A stretch of DNA of 64,000 bases from Orbicella franksi (lineage: Eukaryota), in NCBI GenBank assembly GCA_964199315.1, contig OZ116699.1, forward strand, positions 30,628,001 through 30,692,000, in the 5' to 3' direction. The position numbers were made by a program, and so were the translations under genes. The first letter of the stretch is position 1. The number at the start of each line of letters is the position of its first letter. Shown here piece after piece: positions 14,120-27,900 of this stretch. The notes beneath the pieces were generated by a model. That model saw nothing but the letters and a program-made list of their open reading frames with translations. It searched no databases and was not told the DNA's origin.

Positions 14120-14202
14120 ACCGGATGTGACGTCATTTTTTGTTGGATGATTCAGATACACAAAAAGTGCCAGGCGTCGCAGAGTGTTCTCCCCCGCCCC
14201 TG
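14120..14202 (-). promoter_or_regulatory. Promoter module (GC box + CRE + ETS-like core), inverted copy 2, upstream of NADAR
   Basis: The reverse complement of 14120-14151 is identical to 6536-6567. GC box CCCCGCCCC at ~14192-14200. Lies ~300 bp upstream of the NADAR ATG. Confidence 0.6.
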
Positions 14203-14444
14203 GCTCGGTGTAATTTCCGGACAAGAAGACTCTCCAGGCATATGGATGGGTGTCCTGTGCCCCTACCGTGGGTCCCAGGCCTTCGTGTAGTTCAGTCATT
14301 CCAACATGGCGGATGAGAAGTCGACGTCCGGAAATTGCACCATTTGATGTAATTTCAGCCATACAATTTACATTTATGTGTTCTTTTCCATTCACTTGGC
14401 CTAAACGGTGGTAATAACGGTGTTTTGGAAAACGTCTGGCAGTA

Positions 14445-15038
14445 ATGTCATCTTCAAGCCTTTCAAAACAAAGTGCAAAAAGCGCTGAAGAAAATCTGGA
14501 ACCGATATTCTTTTTCTCTCGTTCTAGATTGCCCTATTGCCAATTTTCAAATTTTTACGAGGTTGATATCGAGATGCCGGAAGGTGTGTTTCCGTCAGTG
14601 GAACATTATTTCCAAGGCATGAAGTTCATTCCAGAAGACAGGGCACGGTTCATGAAAGGTGGAGAATTTGACAAGAAGAAGAACGAAACTTCAGCCAGAA
14701 ATGCTAAAGAGGAAATCGCGAAAGGAAAACTTGCCAAGTCTGCCGGTTCAAAATCTGGTTCTGCCAAGTACAAGTTGACTTTAGCTGCTGACGGTTTAGA
14801 CCAAGGAGTGGCTAAGCATAGGATGAAAAGAGCTTTGCAAAGAAAATTCGAACAAGAGCCTTATAGAAGCCTCCTTTTAGAAACTGTGGGCACACAGCTA
14901 ATCCACATTCCAACTCGAGGTCAAACGGATTTTTGGACTGGAAAAAAGGACAAGAAAACAGGTGAAATTGTTGGAGAGAATACCATGGGAAAACTACTCA
15001 TGGAAGTCAGAGATGCCATTCTGGGTTCAACTTGCTGA
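14445..15038 (+). CDS. NADAR / YbiA-like family protein, intronless, 197 aa
   Basis: Motifs FSNFY, FPSVEHYFQGMKF, MKRALQRKFEQ, LLLET, DFW and GENTMGKLLMEVRD match the NADAR pattern (FSNF..EHYFQA.KF..KF.Q..LL.TG..D..WG..G.N.LG.LLM.VR). Single open frame; AATAAA at ~15322. Confidence 0.9.
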   Translation: MSSSSLSKQSAKSAEENLEPIFFFSRSRLPYCQFSNFYEVDIEMPEGVFPSVEHYFQGMKFIPEDRARFMKGGEFDKKKNETSARNAKEEIAKGKLAKSAGSKSGSAKYKLTLAADGLDQGVAKHRMKRALQRKFEQEPYRSLLLETVGTQLIHIPTRGQTDFWTGKKDKKTGEIVGENTMGKLLMEVRDAILGSTC

Positions 15039-15970
15039 TGGCAATTATTCATGAAATCCTAAGAGAGGCTGAGATTTGGTGAAACTTTTACTGAGAGTGG
15101 ATCCTGGAACAACATTGTTAGGATAATTAGAAAAAAAACATAACAAAACAAAACAAAAAGAACCAATCCACCCATCCCGGAAAAAAACCAAACACATAAG
15201 AAACACAACACTAAACCACTGAACAACAACAACAAAAATAAAATAGAAAAAGGTATATGTTCCACTATGAAATATCTAAATCAGGCATTGAATTAAAATC
15301 GAGGCCTCATAAATACACTGTAATAAAAGAAAGTTACAAATTAGAAGGAATGACATTTATTACTCTAGGTATATTGGGGTGTTTCTCAAGGACTATCTTC
15401 ATCTCCATCTGAGATGTGTTTTATAAGAAGAGGGCAAGAGAGACCAGCGGAGGAGAAGGTTGGTTGTTTAGCGATGGTTGCAAAGAATGCTGCAAATTTG
15501 ATTTCAGTCACTTTTTTTGTTTTCTTCAGTTTGAGGCTGCAACTCACCTTTAACCTGAATCTTACGCAAGTGGTATAAGTCTGGGGGATTAAAACAAAAG
15601 AATTTTTTTCTAATTCTTCTGTCACCTGTGCCATGGAGCCAGATTAAAAACTCAACTAACTTTGAGAATAGACCTGTTATAGGTGCTGATGCTGGCAATT
15701 GAGCACTCAGTTCAAAATGAGTGACAGTAATGTTTGCAATTGTTTTCAGTCTCGAATTTTTCTGCTGTTGTAAAAAAAAAAAAATGTCAGCAGGCAGAAA
15801 ATTTAACGCTCTAAACAGTATAACAATGAAAAAATACAGAGAGAAATCTGCATGTTTTATTTTGAATAGTTTTCAGTTTGAAGTTTGTTTATTTTAGAGA
15901 CTTCGCTGCAAGCTTCCGGGTCGAAGCGCGCGGTTAGGGAACTGGTAACAGGTCCTGTGCGAAACTGAAA

Positions 15971-18900
15971 ATGGTGGACGGAAGCAGACGTCACTTCAGT
16001 TGTTTTAGTTTTCTTTTATGGCTTCTACAGGCTTTAACATTGTCATATGGAGTTCAGAAACTACGAATGGTGAATGTGGTGAGTATGGTTTTAGTTCCAG
16101 CTTGATTAGTTTTTCATTTTCTGAAGGAAACGAGAAGGGGTCTTACATGTAAGCAAGTGCTATACACAATGACTACTATTCGTTCGACTAGGAATTATGT
16201 CCGAATGACTCACTAGAAAAGCTTCATTCGTCTTAACATGCATATGACATTTTGGATCAGCAAGAATAAGTAGTCACGTATACATTTAACGACACTTCTA
16301 CTTCTGTAAGAATAGCGAACTAAGTCGTATAAATAATATCGTACGGGTGTCATTCGAATAGCCATTATTAAGCTTATGTAAGCTTAATTTCTATGACCTC
16401 ATTACTATGTTAAGCTTATGTACACGTGGAAATTTCCTTGACTTTCCCGTTTATACGTTACTTAACGCTCATTGAAAACTATATTGAAGAGAGTTCTTCG
16501 TACATCTTATATCACGGTAACGAAATCGCTTATGAGAAATATTTGTTGGGGCATGTAAGCTAGCTTAATAGAGCGTAAAGTGATTCCATCGAAAAAAATT
16601 GGTAATTATGTTATAAATGCTGTCGAAACGCGAAATTAAACAAAGGGTACCATACTCTATTTTGCACAATGGCTTGATGTTATCGCAACTATTCAATCCA
16701 CAAGGCTTTCCTCAGGAATCCTTAAATAATTTCCTGAGAAAGGTCATTTCTTGCATTAAAATATTGGAGCTGTTAAACAAAGCAGGCTTTGAGTTCAGAT
16801 TATAAGCTGTTTTTCTTAAAATTATGAAACAAATGTAATGATTTGCTGTATGCGCATATACCCAGCGTTTCATTAAGATGTGTTTGTCACAGCATTCAAA
16901 TATAATTGTGTATGCATGCCATTATGACGTGAAAAATTATGCACAGCAAGGATGCTCAAGGAGGGTCCCCTATACCCCTTTGTAAAACTCCACCATGTGA
17001 AAATATTCACCCTTTTCACATATCACAAATAATATCCAAAATTCTTTCATGTTCACACGAAATTCGAGGTGATCAAGTTTCACATAAAAGTAAAAAAACA
17101 AGTTTACGAATTAATATTTCCACTTCTTCTAACCTGGTTATAAAGCTTTTTGTCCCCCAAGTTCGGCTCTTTGTCTAAATCGCAAACAGGTCTGTGACCT
17201 CTCCTCATCTTGCAAAGACAGATGGTTGTCTTGATTCCACACTGCCAAAGTTAAATATGAGTTGAACTCTTAGTCGTACAACTTCCAAGGGAGTCACATT
17301 TCAATTTTGACTCCTAACTAATGCAACCTGTTACTGGTCTTTGTTACTTTCGTAACTCGTTTTCTTCTTTGTTTTGTTTACATAACTATTACTCATTAAC
17401 AATTTTGTACATTTTTAAAGTTTTTGCTATTCATGCTGTGATTGCTGTGATGAATGCAAGTTTCATAATGTAACCTTTGGAATCATGTAATTACTATAGA
17501 GACACCACATTTTTATCAGTTTAGTTGCGCCATCTACGTTTTCGCTATTTTATGCTAGTGCTGTCATCGCTATCATTCTAAGCTATCGTTTCTCCAATTG
17601 CCACCCTTGCAAGATCAAGATTAAAGTAAGTCTACATATCTTTAGTCATAATTGTGTCGTTATGGTTTAAGATCTATGTTCCATCAGTATCCTTGATTTA
17701 TGTTTTGTATCTTAGCTAGTATTAGCTTACATAACCCTTTTGTATTGTGTTGCTTTTAGTTTGAACCACACAATCACAACCACAACCATAACTTCGACTT
17801 CACATCACAAGTACATCTCTATTTTGTTATCCTGATTCCTATATTGTTGATTTATCGCTCCTTTCCAATAAATGCTATAATGATTGATTTTACTTTGACC
17901 TGGTTTCTTTGGAATTACATTACAATGTGTGTTTGAGTGTTTCAAGCTCCTGGGGTTAAACGGTCCTAATCTACATGTACACGTGGCTTCGCTCCTGGAA
18001 AGTCACAGTCTTTACTGCTAGTCTTTTCCAGAAGATGAGGTCGTGTTGGTGTATGTGTTCCTTTAAGTGCTTTTCCACATTCCTCAGTAGAATTTCAAAT
18101 AGAAGTACTTTAGACAGAGTACACCTGGTACACTTGCAAGGAATATCTATGATTTATAGAGATAATTTGGAGGCGCTGCAGTGGCCTGATGGTTAGTGTA
18201 CTGTCTAGACACTGGATTGATCAGTGCAGGTTAAAGTCTTGGCCAGGGCACTGCATTGTGTTCTTAGGCAAGACACTTTACTCTCACGGTGCTTCTCTTC
18301 ACCCAGGTGAATAAATGGTAACAATGAACAATGCTGGGGGTTGACCCTGTGATGGATGCTTCATGCTAGGGCATTACTAACCGGGATAAGCTCCAGATTT
18401 GCTTTAATAGAGATACCAAAGTCTCCGAAGCCCCATATCCACATAGAGGTTACTGGCCAATAAAACATCATTTTGATGCTGAAATTTTATTTCTAGGGTT
18501 GTCCTGGGCATATGCGGCAAAAGATGACGTAATGTCTTATCTTATTTGTTCAGAAACCATTAGTGGTCTATTTTAGGAGTTTTATTAATCCATAAGAAGT
18601 CCATGTCATGTCAAAACCCTAAACAATTTGTGCATTTTCAAACTGTAAGATAGCTGGAAATTCATCATGCAAAACAAAATGGTTCGCAAATCCTGTTTAA
18701 TTCAACTCTTCATTCACGGGTCACGTTTGAATAAAATATTTGTTTATGTGGACATGAAAAGATCTTACCATCTTTAATCATGAATCACGAATAAATTTCA
18801 AATCACGATTTACAAGAAAATAAATTACCCAATCACGCTTCACGTAAAGAGTATAGGGGACCCTCCACATGGCCATTCAATGGAATAACTTTAAATGGCA

Positions 18901-21900
18901 GTCAGATGTTTGGAGGAGAAAATTTATGACCATATTTAAAAAAAAAAAAAACTTTTAATTGATATTATCTGAGAGTTTCATTGACTTTCACTTACATGTA
19001 ACTTATGCTACGAATACCTACATGTGCTTCAGCTAATCATGCACATGTCCTTTTACTGCATTGATCAGGTGACTGATATACCAGTGAGCCATCAAGCCAC
19101 TATTGATAGTGCAGATAACACTATCCCTTTGTTCTCCATAAGCATTGGCAACTGACAAAATCACTGTCTACCAGTCCTCAGCATGCTGACCACTCTTGAC
19201 ATAAACACTTTGAATGTGTGATTTTTCAGTGAAAGAAGTACAGGCCTTTTCAAATTATTTAACATATTATTAGTCATGGAGTGTAATTCGCAAACCATTG
19301 TGCACATATTCAGCCAGTAATTCCTGGATGACAGTGGGTGTTCTTTTGAACTAAAACTGTATATACATAGTATATGGAAGTTTACAAAGTTCTTGGTGTT
19401 ACAGTAAGAATGTACAGTAACACACTTTGGAAAGTCAAGTTGGAAGGCTATATCTAATCAACTTGACATGCAAGAACATGTTAATATCTAAGTGGAATTA
19501 AATATCTGCTTTTCAGGTATATCGTCATGGTGATCGGTCTCCAGTTGGTTTTTTCCCAGCAGATGAGCATCAGGATTACTGGCCTCAAGGACCAGGACAA
19601 CTATCTCAGGCTAGCTGACTGTTTTTTGAATCCACATAATATTTGTCTATGACTGTTGCTTACAGACACCTCTTGAGAACATGTAATTTAATTCTTTCCC
19701 TGTTTCACCCACCTCTATTGTACATGTATTAAGGACTAGGTTTGCTGTTTCGTCTGCATTGTTTCCTGTTGTTTTCTCAGCCTAATTCCTGTTAAGCCTT
19801 GTGAGAGGTGTGCAGGTGGTTTACAATGCGTCATTTTCATTGCTTATGTCTACAGGGCTTGGAAAAAACCCTTAATTATAATAAATTCCAGCTGGCCCTT
19901 CAGGACAAGAGGATTATTATCATTATTTAAAATTAAAGTTTGCTTTATTACAATGAGAAAAGGTTTACGATACTTTTGTTCTATTTCAAAGTCTTTAGTT
20001 ATGCAATTAGAATCAAAACAAGTGGGCAACGTACAGTAATTTTTAATTATTAACTGAAGGCTTAATAAGGCATACAAAGAAGTTATGTAATGATACAGTG
20101 GAACCCCGTTTATCCGGTCACCAACGGGCCATGAAAATCTGGCTGTATTAACGGGGTGGCCGTATTAAAGGGGTTCTTTAAATAAGAAAATGACTGACTG
20201 ATTTTTTTTTTTTTTTTGGCCAGAATAAAGTGACTGTAATGATGAGGTGGCCGTATTAACGGGGTGGTCTTAAGGCGGGGTTCCACTGTGTATAACATGA
20301 TGAGATCAAAGAAAAAGATCTAACCCATGCTACCTGTGACTTTTATTTCCAATTTTATAGATTGGCATGAAACAAGAATATGAACTTGGCAAGTTTCTGA
20401 AGGATCGTTATGTTACAGAGTATAAGCTTCTGAATTCATCATATCTGTTGAACGAGGTAGAAAAACTTTTATAAACATTTAATTATTCAATTATATCTTG
20501 TTTACAATCCAGGCCAAAATGTATTGGGACACTTTCTCATTTTCCTATATTACTAAAAAATGGCATTCCAATTTACCCCCCACCCTCCCTGGGCAATGTA
20601 GGGTGTCACAAATGTTCTACAGTCAAAGGACTTTGACAGCAATTTGTTCAGGGGAAGCAGGGGAAAAATCTTTGTAACTGCAGTTGTAAAGGCTGTTTCT
20701 CTGAGTGTAAATTGTTGGTTAAAAAAGTTCCCCCCTTCAAAAAGTGAGAAAAAAGGGAATTGTCCCAAAATCCTTTTGGCTAGCAGTTATGGAGCCTCTT
20801 GAGGCACACGAGGAGTAATAATAATTATGTTCTCTAAAACACGGGTGTCTATGGGATATCTGGACTCCCACGGGCTAAAACCTGGCACAACCATATCCCA
20901 GGGATGGTGGACTACAACATATAACTCCCATTGCTTTTTTATTTAATCAGCTATAAATTTGTGAATGGATCTATCTACCCACTACAGTGTAGGGTTACCA
21001 TTCAGTAGGAACAAAAAAGAAGCAAGCCTATTGTGATTTTACAATTTTATTTCAAATATGTTTAAATCATTATTCAGGGCTCAAAAAATTCTTGAATTCT
21101 AGCTTGCCCTTTTGGACAAGCAGCTCTCAAATTTTGCTAATCCTGGGGAAATCTTAGTTGAGTTTTTAAATTAAGTTTGCAGACAACTTGCTTGGGCCCT
21201 TGCCCATCGAGTAAGTGACAGTCATGAAAAGTTATTGCTCAGCAGGAAAATCTACTTGTTCTGGTTGACTGGATAGCACTGTTTTCAAGCCCTGATTATT
21301 TTAAAATTTTCACATTATCAGGGAATGCAGCCATAGTTGTCATGCAATTTGTAGCTTCCTGCTGCCAAAACAAAATTACTGGTGGTGTCACATCGCATGA
21401 TTTAACTGAGGCTAGAAAATGAATTTGTTTGGTCTTCCAGCTAGGTGATTTCTATTTTCCCCTTGTGCATCCCCTTCTGTACCTTGTACTGTTATTTTCT
21501 TTGTTTTCTGCCTGCTACACAATACCTTGCTTATAACGTCTATAATTAGCCGACAACTTGAATATTGTCTTACAGATCTATGTGCGGAGTAGTGACAAGG
21601 ATCGTTGTATAATGAGTGCACAGACACAGCTTAATGGTCTCTATCCACCACATGGAAAACAGGTAAACTCAATATTGCCTGAATCTAGAAAATCTCAAGG
21701 TTAGTAAATCATTGTCAAATAAATGGTACTATTCCCCTTTAGTTTTTCAACTTTTAAAAATTGCTATTAATAACAAGGTGGGAGTAAGAGGAAACATCCC
21801 CGCATTCTTGTATAGTGCAAGTCACAGCAGTTTTTTGTAGTATGCATTTTTAATACTTTTACTTCATTTGAGTATTTTGCAGGAAAAATTCTTCGGGATT

Positions 21901-24900
21901 TGTGACGTTTATTTTGTGATACACATAGTTAATCAAAACTGGCAAATAACAATTTTTTTTGCAGTTGCACACCAGTCCTACACCTCATGCTTGTCAATAA
22001 CATGCACTGAAGAGGGTTTTATCTTTAGTTAGGTAAACATCTCTCTTCAGTACTGTTTCTGTAAAATAGATGGAATCTGTCACTGAGATTTTGACTAAAA
22101 GAAGGTTCTCACACACTTTTTAAACTCGATTTTTGTTGAGTTGCCCTTGCTTAAGTTAAAACCACTCACCCAGTAACTCCCCGAGTTCCTCTGTTCAATT
22201 ATTACATTCATGTTCCTATCTTTAGATATGGCAGGATAATTTAGACTGGCAGCCAATTGGAGTTCATGTAGTACCAAGGACGGAAGATTATGTGAGTTAC
22301 TTTTTTCAGTCATAAAATATGTTTTCATAACACAGTGCAAATTTTAATGCAAACAAATCCTGAACTACTTTGGATGAACTTGGTGTATACGTAATAATTT
22401 GATTTTAATTAGCACCCAGGGCACTAATTTACTTTTGGTAGCTCAAGGGAGGGAGCTTATATTGGAAAGGGTGTGCTTGTATGGGATGGGAACCTTAATT
22501 TGTTTGAAGTTACGCATTTGAATCTGGAACAATACATGTACTTAATGAAAAACAAAAGATACTTTAGCTCTAAAACTTACTGTTATAATTAAAGTGGCTC
22601 TAACAGTCAAAATGTTCAATAGAGCATTTTCACATAACATCAAGGCAGCCATGTTGGTGTCCCAAAACAATGAAATGGTGGCCATGTTGGTGTACCAAAC
22701 CAATCCTGTGGGAGGTTGAACTCTTTTCGTATGACTGTAGACACTGCCTTTTGTTCCGGTAAATTTGCGTGGCTGGTGGCCATGTGAATGGAAATGCTTT
22801 ATATTATTTTCAGATGAGAATGCAGACTTAATAATTCATTTTTAATAATTTGTAATCATCCTATTCTGTTTCAAAGTCTTGGATGTCACTATCACTATTG
22901 GGGGTGCTTATTAGGAGAGGGGACAAACATGGCACTTAAATTAGAATGGAAGCACTTATTAAAAAGAACTGTTTGTACACTTTTTGGACACGTTTGATCA
23001 TGTTTGAAGATCTACAAACATTACAGTTGATCAATTATTGTAAAAATTATCATTTTGTTTACTCAAACACCTTTGATATTGTTTGGGCACATCAACATGT
23101 TTGGTCACCAAACAATGCTTGATCATGTTTGCTTGAACCAAACATCTCCTAACTTATTACAGCTTCTAAGACCATTTGACTACAAATGCCCTCGACTTTT
23201 GGAACTTTTGGCAAAGTCTAAACAAGACAAAGAGTATCTGGATATGGCCAAACAGAACGAGGTAAGCCTGGTCCAAACAACAGTGAGAGTTGTGTGACTA
23301 GATATTTGGTCAACTCTCAGCACTCAAAGACCTGAAACTCTTAGTGACCCCCCTGACCCCCTCCACACCCCCCCCCCCCAAAAAGAAAAAAGAATTGGGC
23401 TCTCATTCAAATTTGACGTCATTGCACAAGTGTCTGTTACAGTTAGTTTTCAGTCACTTAGATTGCAAAGGTCAAACATCAGTCAAACAACAGTCACTCA
23501 GTCAGTTGTCCGTCTGTCCGTCCGTCCATCCATCCGTCCATCTGCCCGTCCGTCAGTCAGTCAGTCAGTCAGTCGATTGACTACAACTTGCTTGAGGCTT
23601 GTAAAAATTCTGCATGCAAAATCTCATGCAGAATAGGCCATTTTAGACTCTTAGCATTATGTCAACAGAATGATAAGGAATTTTCAAGCAGAATTTAAGC
23701 ATAAAGTTTAGGTAAATATTCATTGCAAATAATTTAAATATCGAGAAAGCTTGACATTTTTTATGAGATAAAATATGATATTCTATGCTGAGTTTCACCT
23801 GAATGATAGTAAAACGGCAGCAGTATTGTGACATGGCACTGTAAAGAGTCAAAATAGATCAAATTGCTGTCTCTGAAATTTTCTGAATTTTTCTTTTTAA
23901 CCGAGGAGAATATACTTGTACTGTAGTATATACAGGGCAAACGTTTGAGTGGAATAGGCAATATAGGCAGAATTGGTCAGTTTATGAGCACGTAAATTAC
24001 ACCCTTAGCTGTATATATGTACAGTTACATTTGTATGCCTTGATTAACCCAGTTCTGAAGACTAACAATACTGTTTGATGCTCTTTCCTTTTTTACAGGA
24101 ACTGCTGTCATATGTTTCAACACATGCTAAAATGAAAGTAACAGTAGATACAGCCCACCGAATCTATGACACACTTTTTTGTGAGGTACATGTATATGTA
24201 TTTTATGAGTTTTTTGTCTGTTTTGTAACGTAAAACTATGCCACATGCATTAGTCATTTAGAATATGTTTGCATCAAACAGATATACTGTTTAACAAAGA
24301 GATTTCCATGTTGCTGTGCTTCTGTTCAGTAATAGATCACAGTGACGTCAAAAATGTGGTATTAAAGAACAAAAAATTGGCACGCAAGCCGTTATTCGAG
24401 TGTGTCACAGAGGGTCTTTACGGCATTTTGACATCTTCTGTGATCTGTCACTGAACAGACGCGCGTCCATCCACTTGTTTTTTTATTATAAAGAAGCAAA
24501 ACGTAATGTTAATGACGTCATCTATACGGCTGTCTTCCAATAGATAACAGGTAAAAAGTAAGATTTTTACATTACATGCAACTCTCATCTTCATGTAGTA
24601 GAACGCAATTCAGAGACTTGAACTTAACCGTCTTCTTCAATAAAGAGCCTGAAAAAATAGTAAATACTCATGTTTGACCATCTCGCGTGGCTTGACAGTC
24701 GTTTGTAGTGATTGCCACGTGCTGAATCTACTTGTGCCTGCTCTGAGCTGTGTTTTCTCTTAATGTATATCTTATATCTGCGGCAGAAATCTCACAATCT
24801 GACGCTACCAGCTTGGTCCACAAATGGAACAACTTGGGCGGGCTTGAGGAACTTGAGCTACTTTAACATGATGTGGCTGTTCAAATCTCCAGAGAGAGCT

Positions 24901-27900
24901 AAGTTAACTGGAGGTTTGTTTAGTTGTATTGTTTACTCATCATTACAATTTCATGTACTAAAGTTGTGGGTATTATTTTGCCGCTACGTGCAGTTGAATT
25001 AGCAATGGCCACCTCTGGTTAGAATTCACTGGGCGTTGTTGTAGGGAGCTTTCAACCAGAACAGGTGGATAAATGGGTGTCTAATAACCACAAAAAAGCC
25101 CCCAGTCTTTAATGGCTTAAAAAAAACTAAATTGTTGTATCATTTCTTGGATTGTGTGTGACCAACTACACGTTTTCAACGCCCTGAGAACGTAAAGACT
25201 CAAAATCTCAGTTTTCGAAGTGTTTTGAATTTCTGAAAAGACCAAAAATATTGCCAAGCTTTTTTAAAAATTCTGAGGGAACAGTGGTACAGTGGTAATA
25301 GTACTACTTACCCAAACCTCTGTCTGTTGTTTTCCCGACAACGTGTCAAGTATTACGCTGACGTCCTGCTGCTTGTTTTGTAAATTGTTATAGCGTACTT
25401 TTCATTCATTGGTAGTTCTTCTAGATCGCCATAGCAGCAGAGACATGAACTAAAGAAAGTAGTTGATAATCATTGACCTTTTTGGGTTTGTTGTTTTGTA
25501 GGTAATTTGGTGGGGGCGATTGTTAACAATATGAAAGACTACCTCAAACCAACGAGTAAGAAATTATATATTTATTCAGCGGTAAGTAACAAATTTCTTT
25601 TGTTTTATCTTTGCCTTGTTTTCTATGATTGTCCTCAGTTCACTCTGACTTCTTGCCCAAAGTGGCCTAATGTTTGGGTTTCAATTTCCCTCATTACATT
25701 AATGCTTAGTCCTTATATAGATAAATGAAGCACTTAAGACATTGGTCAAGCACCTTATGATAGTGCTTTTTACATGGCTTTCGTAATGCAGCAGTTCTCA
25801 CTTGTGGGTCGAAAGTAATTCGCAGTTGCCTTGGTTTTACCTCACTTTAAGGAAAAAAAAAAAGAACTCGAGCCACTTTGTCATCCAATCAAAAGTACTT
25901 TCAGAACCAATCGTTACTCGCTCGCTCACGTTTCGCCGCGCTTCCCCTCAGCTACATGTATTTTGAGTTTTGATGATTGATTCATTGTGATTGGCGATAG
26001 TGATAACTTTTAAAACCAAAACTTAAAAGTTTTGGTTTTACGGCACTCGATTGAAAACCGCTCTATCCCACACCAAGTCATTATATTTGACTAAACACAA
26101 CAAACTTAAACAGCTGCATCAAGGTTATCACAGTTACCAGATAGTGGTCCGGAGGCTTTATTCTGACTGTAAAGAGCTGAGCCCACGGTAGCTATCGAGC
26201 TGCGAATGCAAGGGCAAAGCTGTGCGGAGAATGCAAAGAAGTAGATCCCGGCTGTTATACAAGCTACTCACAGTATGGCAAAATCAAAGCAAACACTTAC
26301 ATCACCAAAATGAACCCATCAGAACATGGGGCAGAACATACTACTCGCGAAAAGACCACCATGAAATGCGCCTGAAGGGAATCATGGTAGTTGTATTCAT
26401 CATCTTGGACTGGATATTTGTTTTGATGAATACAACTACCATGATTCCCTGCAGGCGCGTCACATAAAGGGAATTGGTCATTTTGCTCTTGCGACATTTC
26501 GCGCGCTTTTCACCGCTTTAGTTGCTTTGAGTTGTGATTGGCGGTGTTGTCATTTTAGCGGAGAGCAGCGTTTCTGAGCGGTATTTGGTTGTGATCAGTT
26601 TGTTTCTTGACTCTTACAGCACGACACTACAGTTTCTGCATTGCTGAGTGCCTTAGATGTATATGACGGAATCGCGCCGGCTTACTCCAGTGCAGTGATG
26701 ATTGAACTTTTCTCAGATGAAAATGATAACAAGTAAGTAGAACAGGCGGTTTCCAAGTCGCCTTTTGTCTCAAAATGAGTGCAACGTTGGCTGATAATTG
26801 AACACAATCACTGCCGGAACTGCCACTGATAATGATTTTTCCCTTTCTTCAATGTCGACGTTAGGAAGAATCTGACAGTGCGTATAATGTATCGATATGG
26901 CCAAAGCTCAGTGCCAAGAAAGCTCAAGTTGGCGACCTGTTCAGAATTTTGTCCTCTTGATGACTTCATCAAGTAAGTATTTTTGGTAGAGCTTCTTTGG
27001 AGCGTTTAACTGTGAGGAAATAAAGAATGTTAAAGTATGTTCAAGGAATTTCTGCTGTTACACTTACTGTTTCATGCAGTAGTCGTTTGAATCAATTGTC
27101 TTGCTCCGTGCTTGTGAAAAGCTACGTGTATTTATTATTCGAATGAGTTTGATTTGCAAGACCATGAACGTGCAAGAAAATCTCATCTCCACATGAAAGG
27201 TTGTGCACCAAGACTCATTTTGAAACAGAGGTAAAAGGAACACGGAAATGGCGTATAAGTTACCCGTTGCAGTCTCAAACTTGAAATATTTCTGCTCTGA
27301 ACTGACTACTAGACATTTTTTTGAAATATAGGTTCAGATAAAATAGATTAAAAAAAGAAACGTTTGCTTACCCTAGACAAGAGAATTAGTAACAAAACTA
27401 ACAAAACCCTGCATTGAAACACTAGAGATAAATAATTTAAATTAAACATAACAAGGTTAAGAACCTTAACTGGCAGAAGGCGGACCAGTTGGCTAGTTAC
27501 AAGCCTGGCCACGAAGATGAACTGGGTTCTACCGTGAAACATCTTCAGTTTGTGGTCAGAGAGAGAGACCCGCGACCTGGGGAATTTAAATCCATCACCT
27601 TGGCCATTCTGTAACTTTCCCTCTTCTCTAGCACTCCTATAACTTGTGCTACCGCGATTGGGTTGTTGCTACGTTGATCGCCATTGGAAATAAAGATTTT
27701 GGTTTGCTTTGCTTCATCAGAAAGACAGCTGATGTTATTCCTGACGATATCGACAAGGCTTGTGGTGTGGGAAATGAGGAAGAAGAAAAGTGTGTTAGGA
27801 CCGAAGTCTACAAAAGTATGTGTAGTCGTGTTATTCCGTAAACATCCGACAGCAACGACCCTCGTAACTTTCGGAATAAGCAGCCTTTGGGGCTCGTTAC

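Noticed and set aside
14105-14395. 96-aa ORF divergent from NADAR
   Set aside because: It runs through the GC-rich promoter module itself and has no domain features; probably incidental.
18169-18260. tRNA genes here and at 34675 and 56910
   Set aside because: A/B boxes are present, but there is no cloverleaf and SINE body sequence follows in the longer copies.
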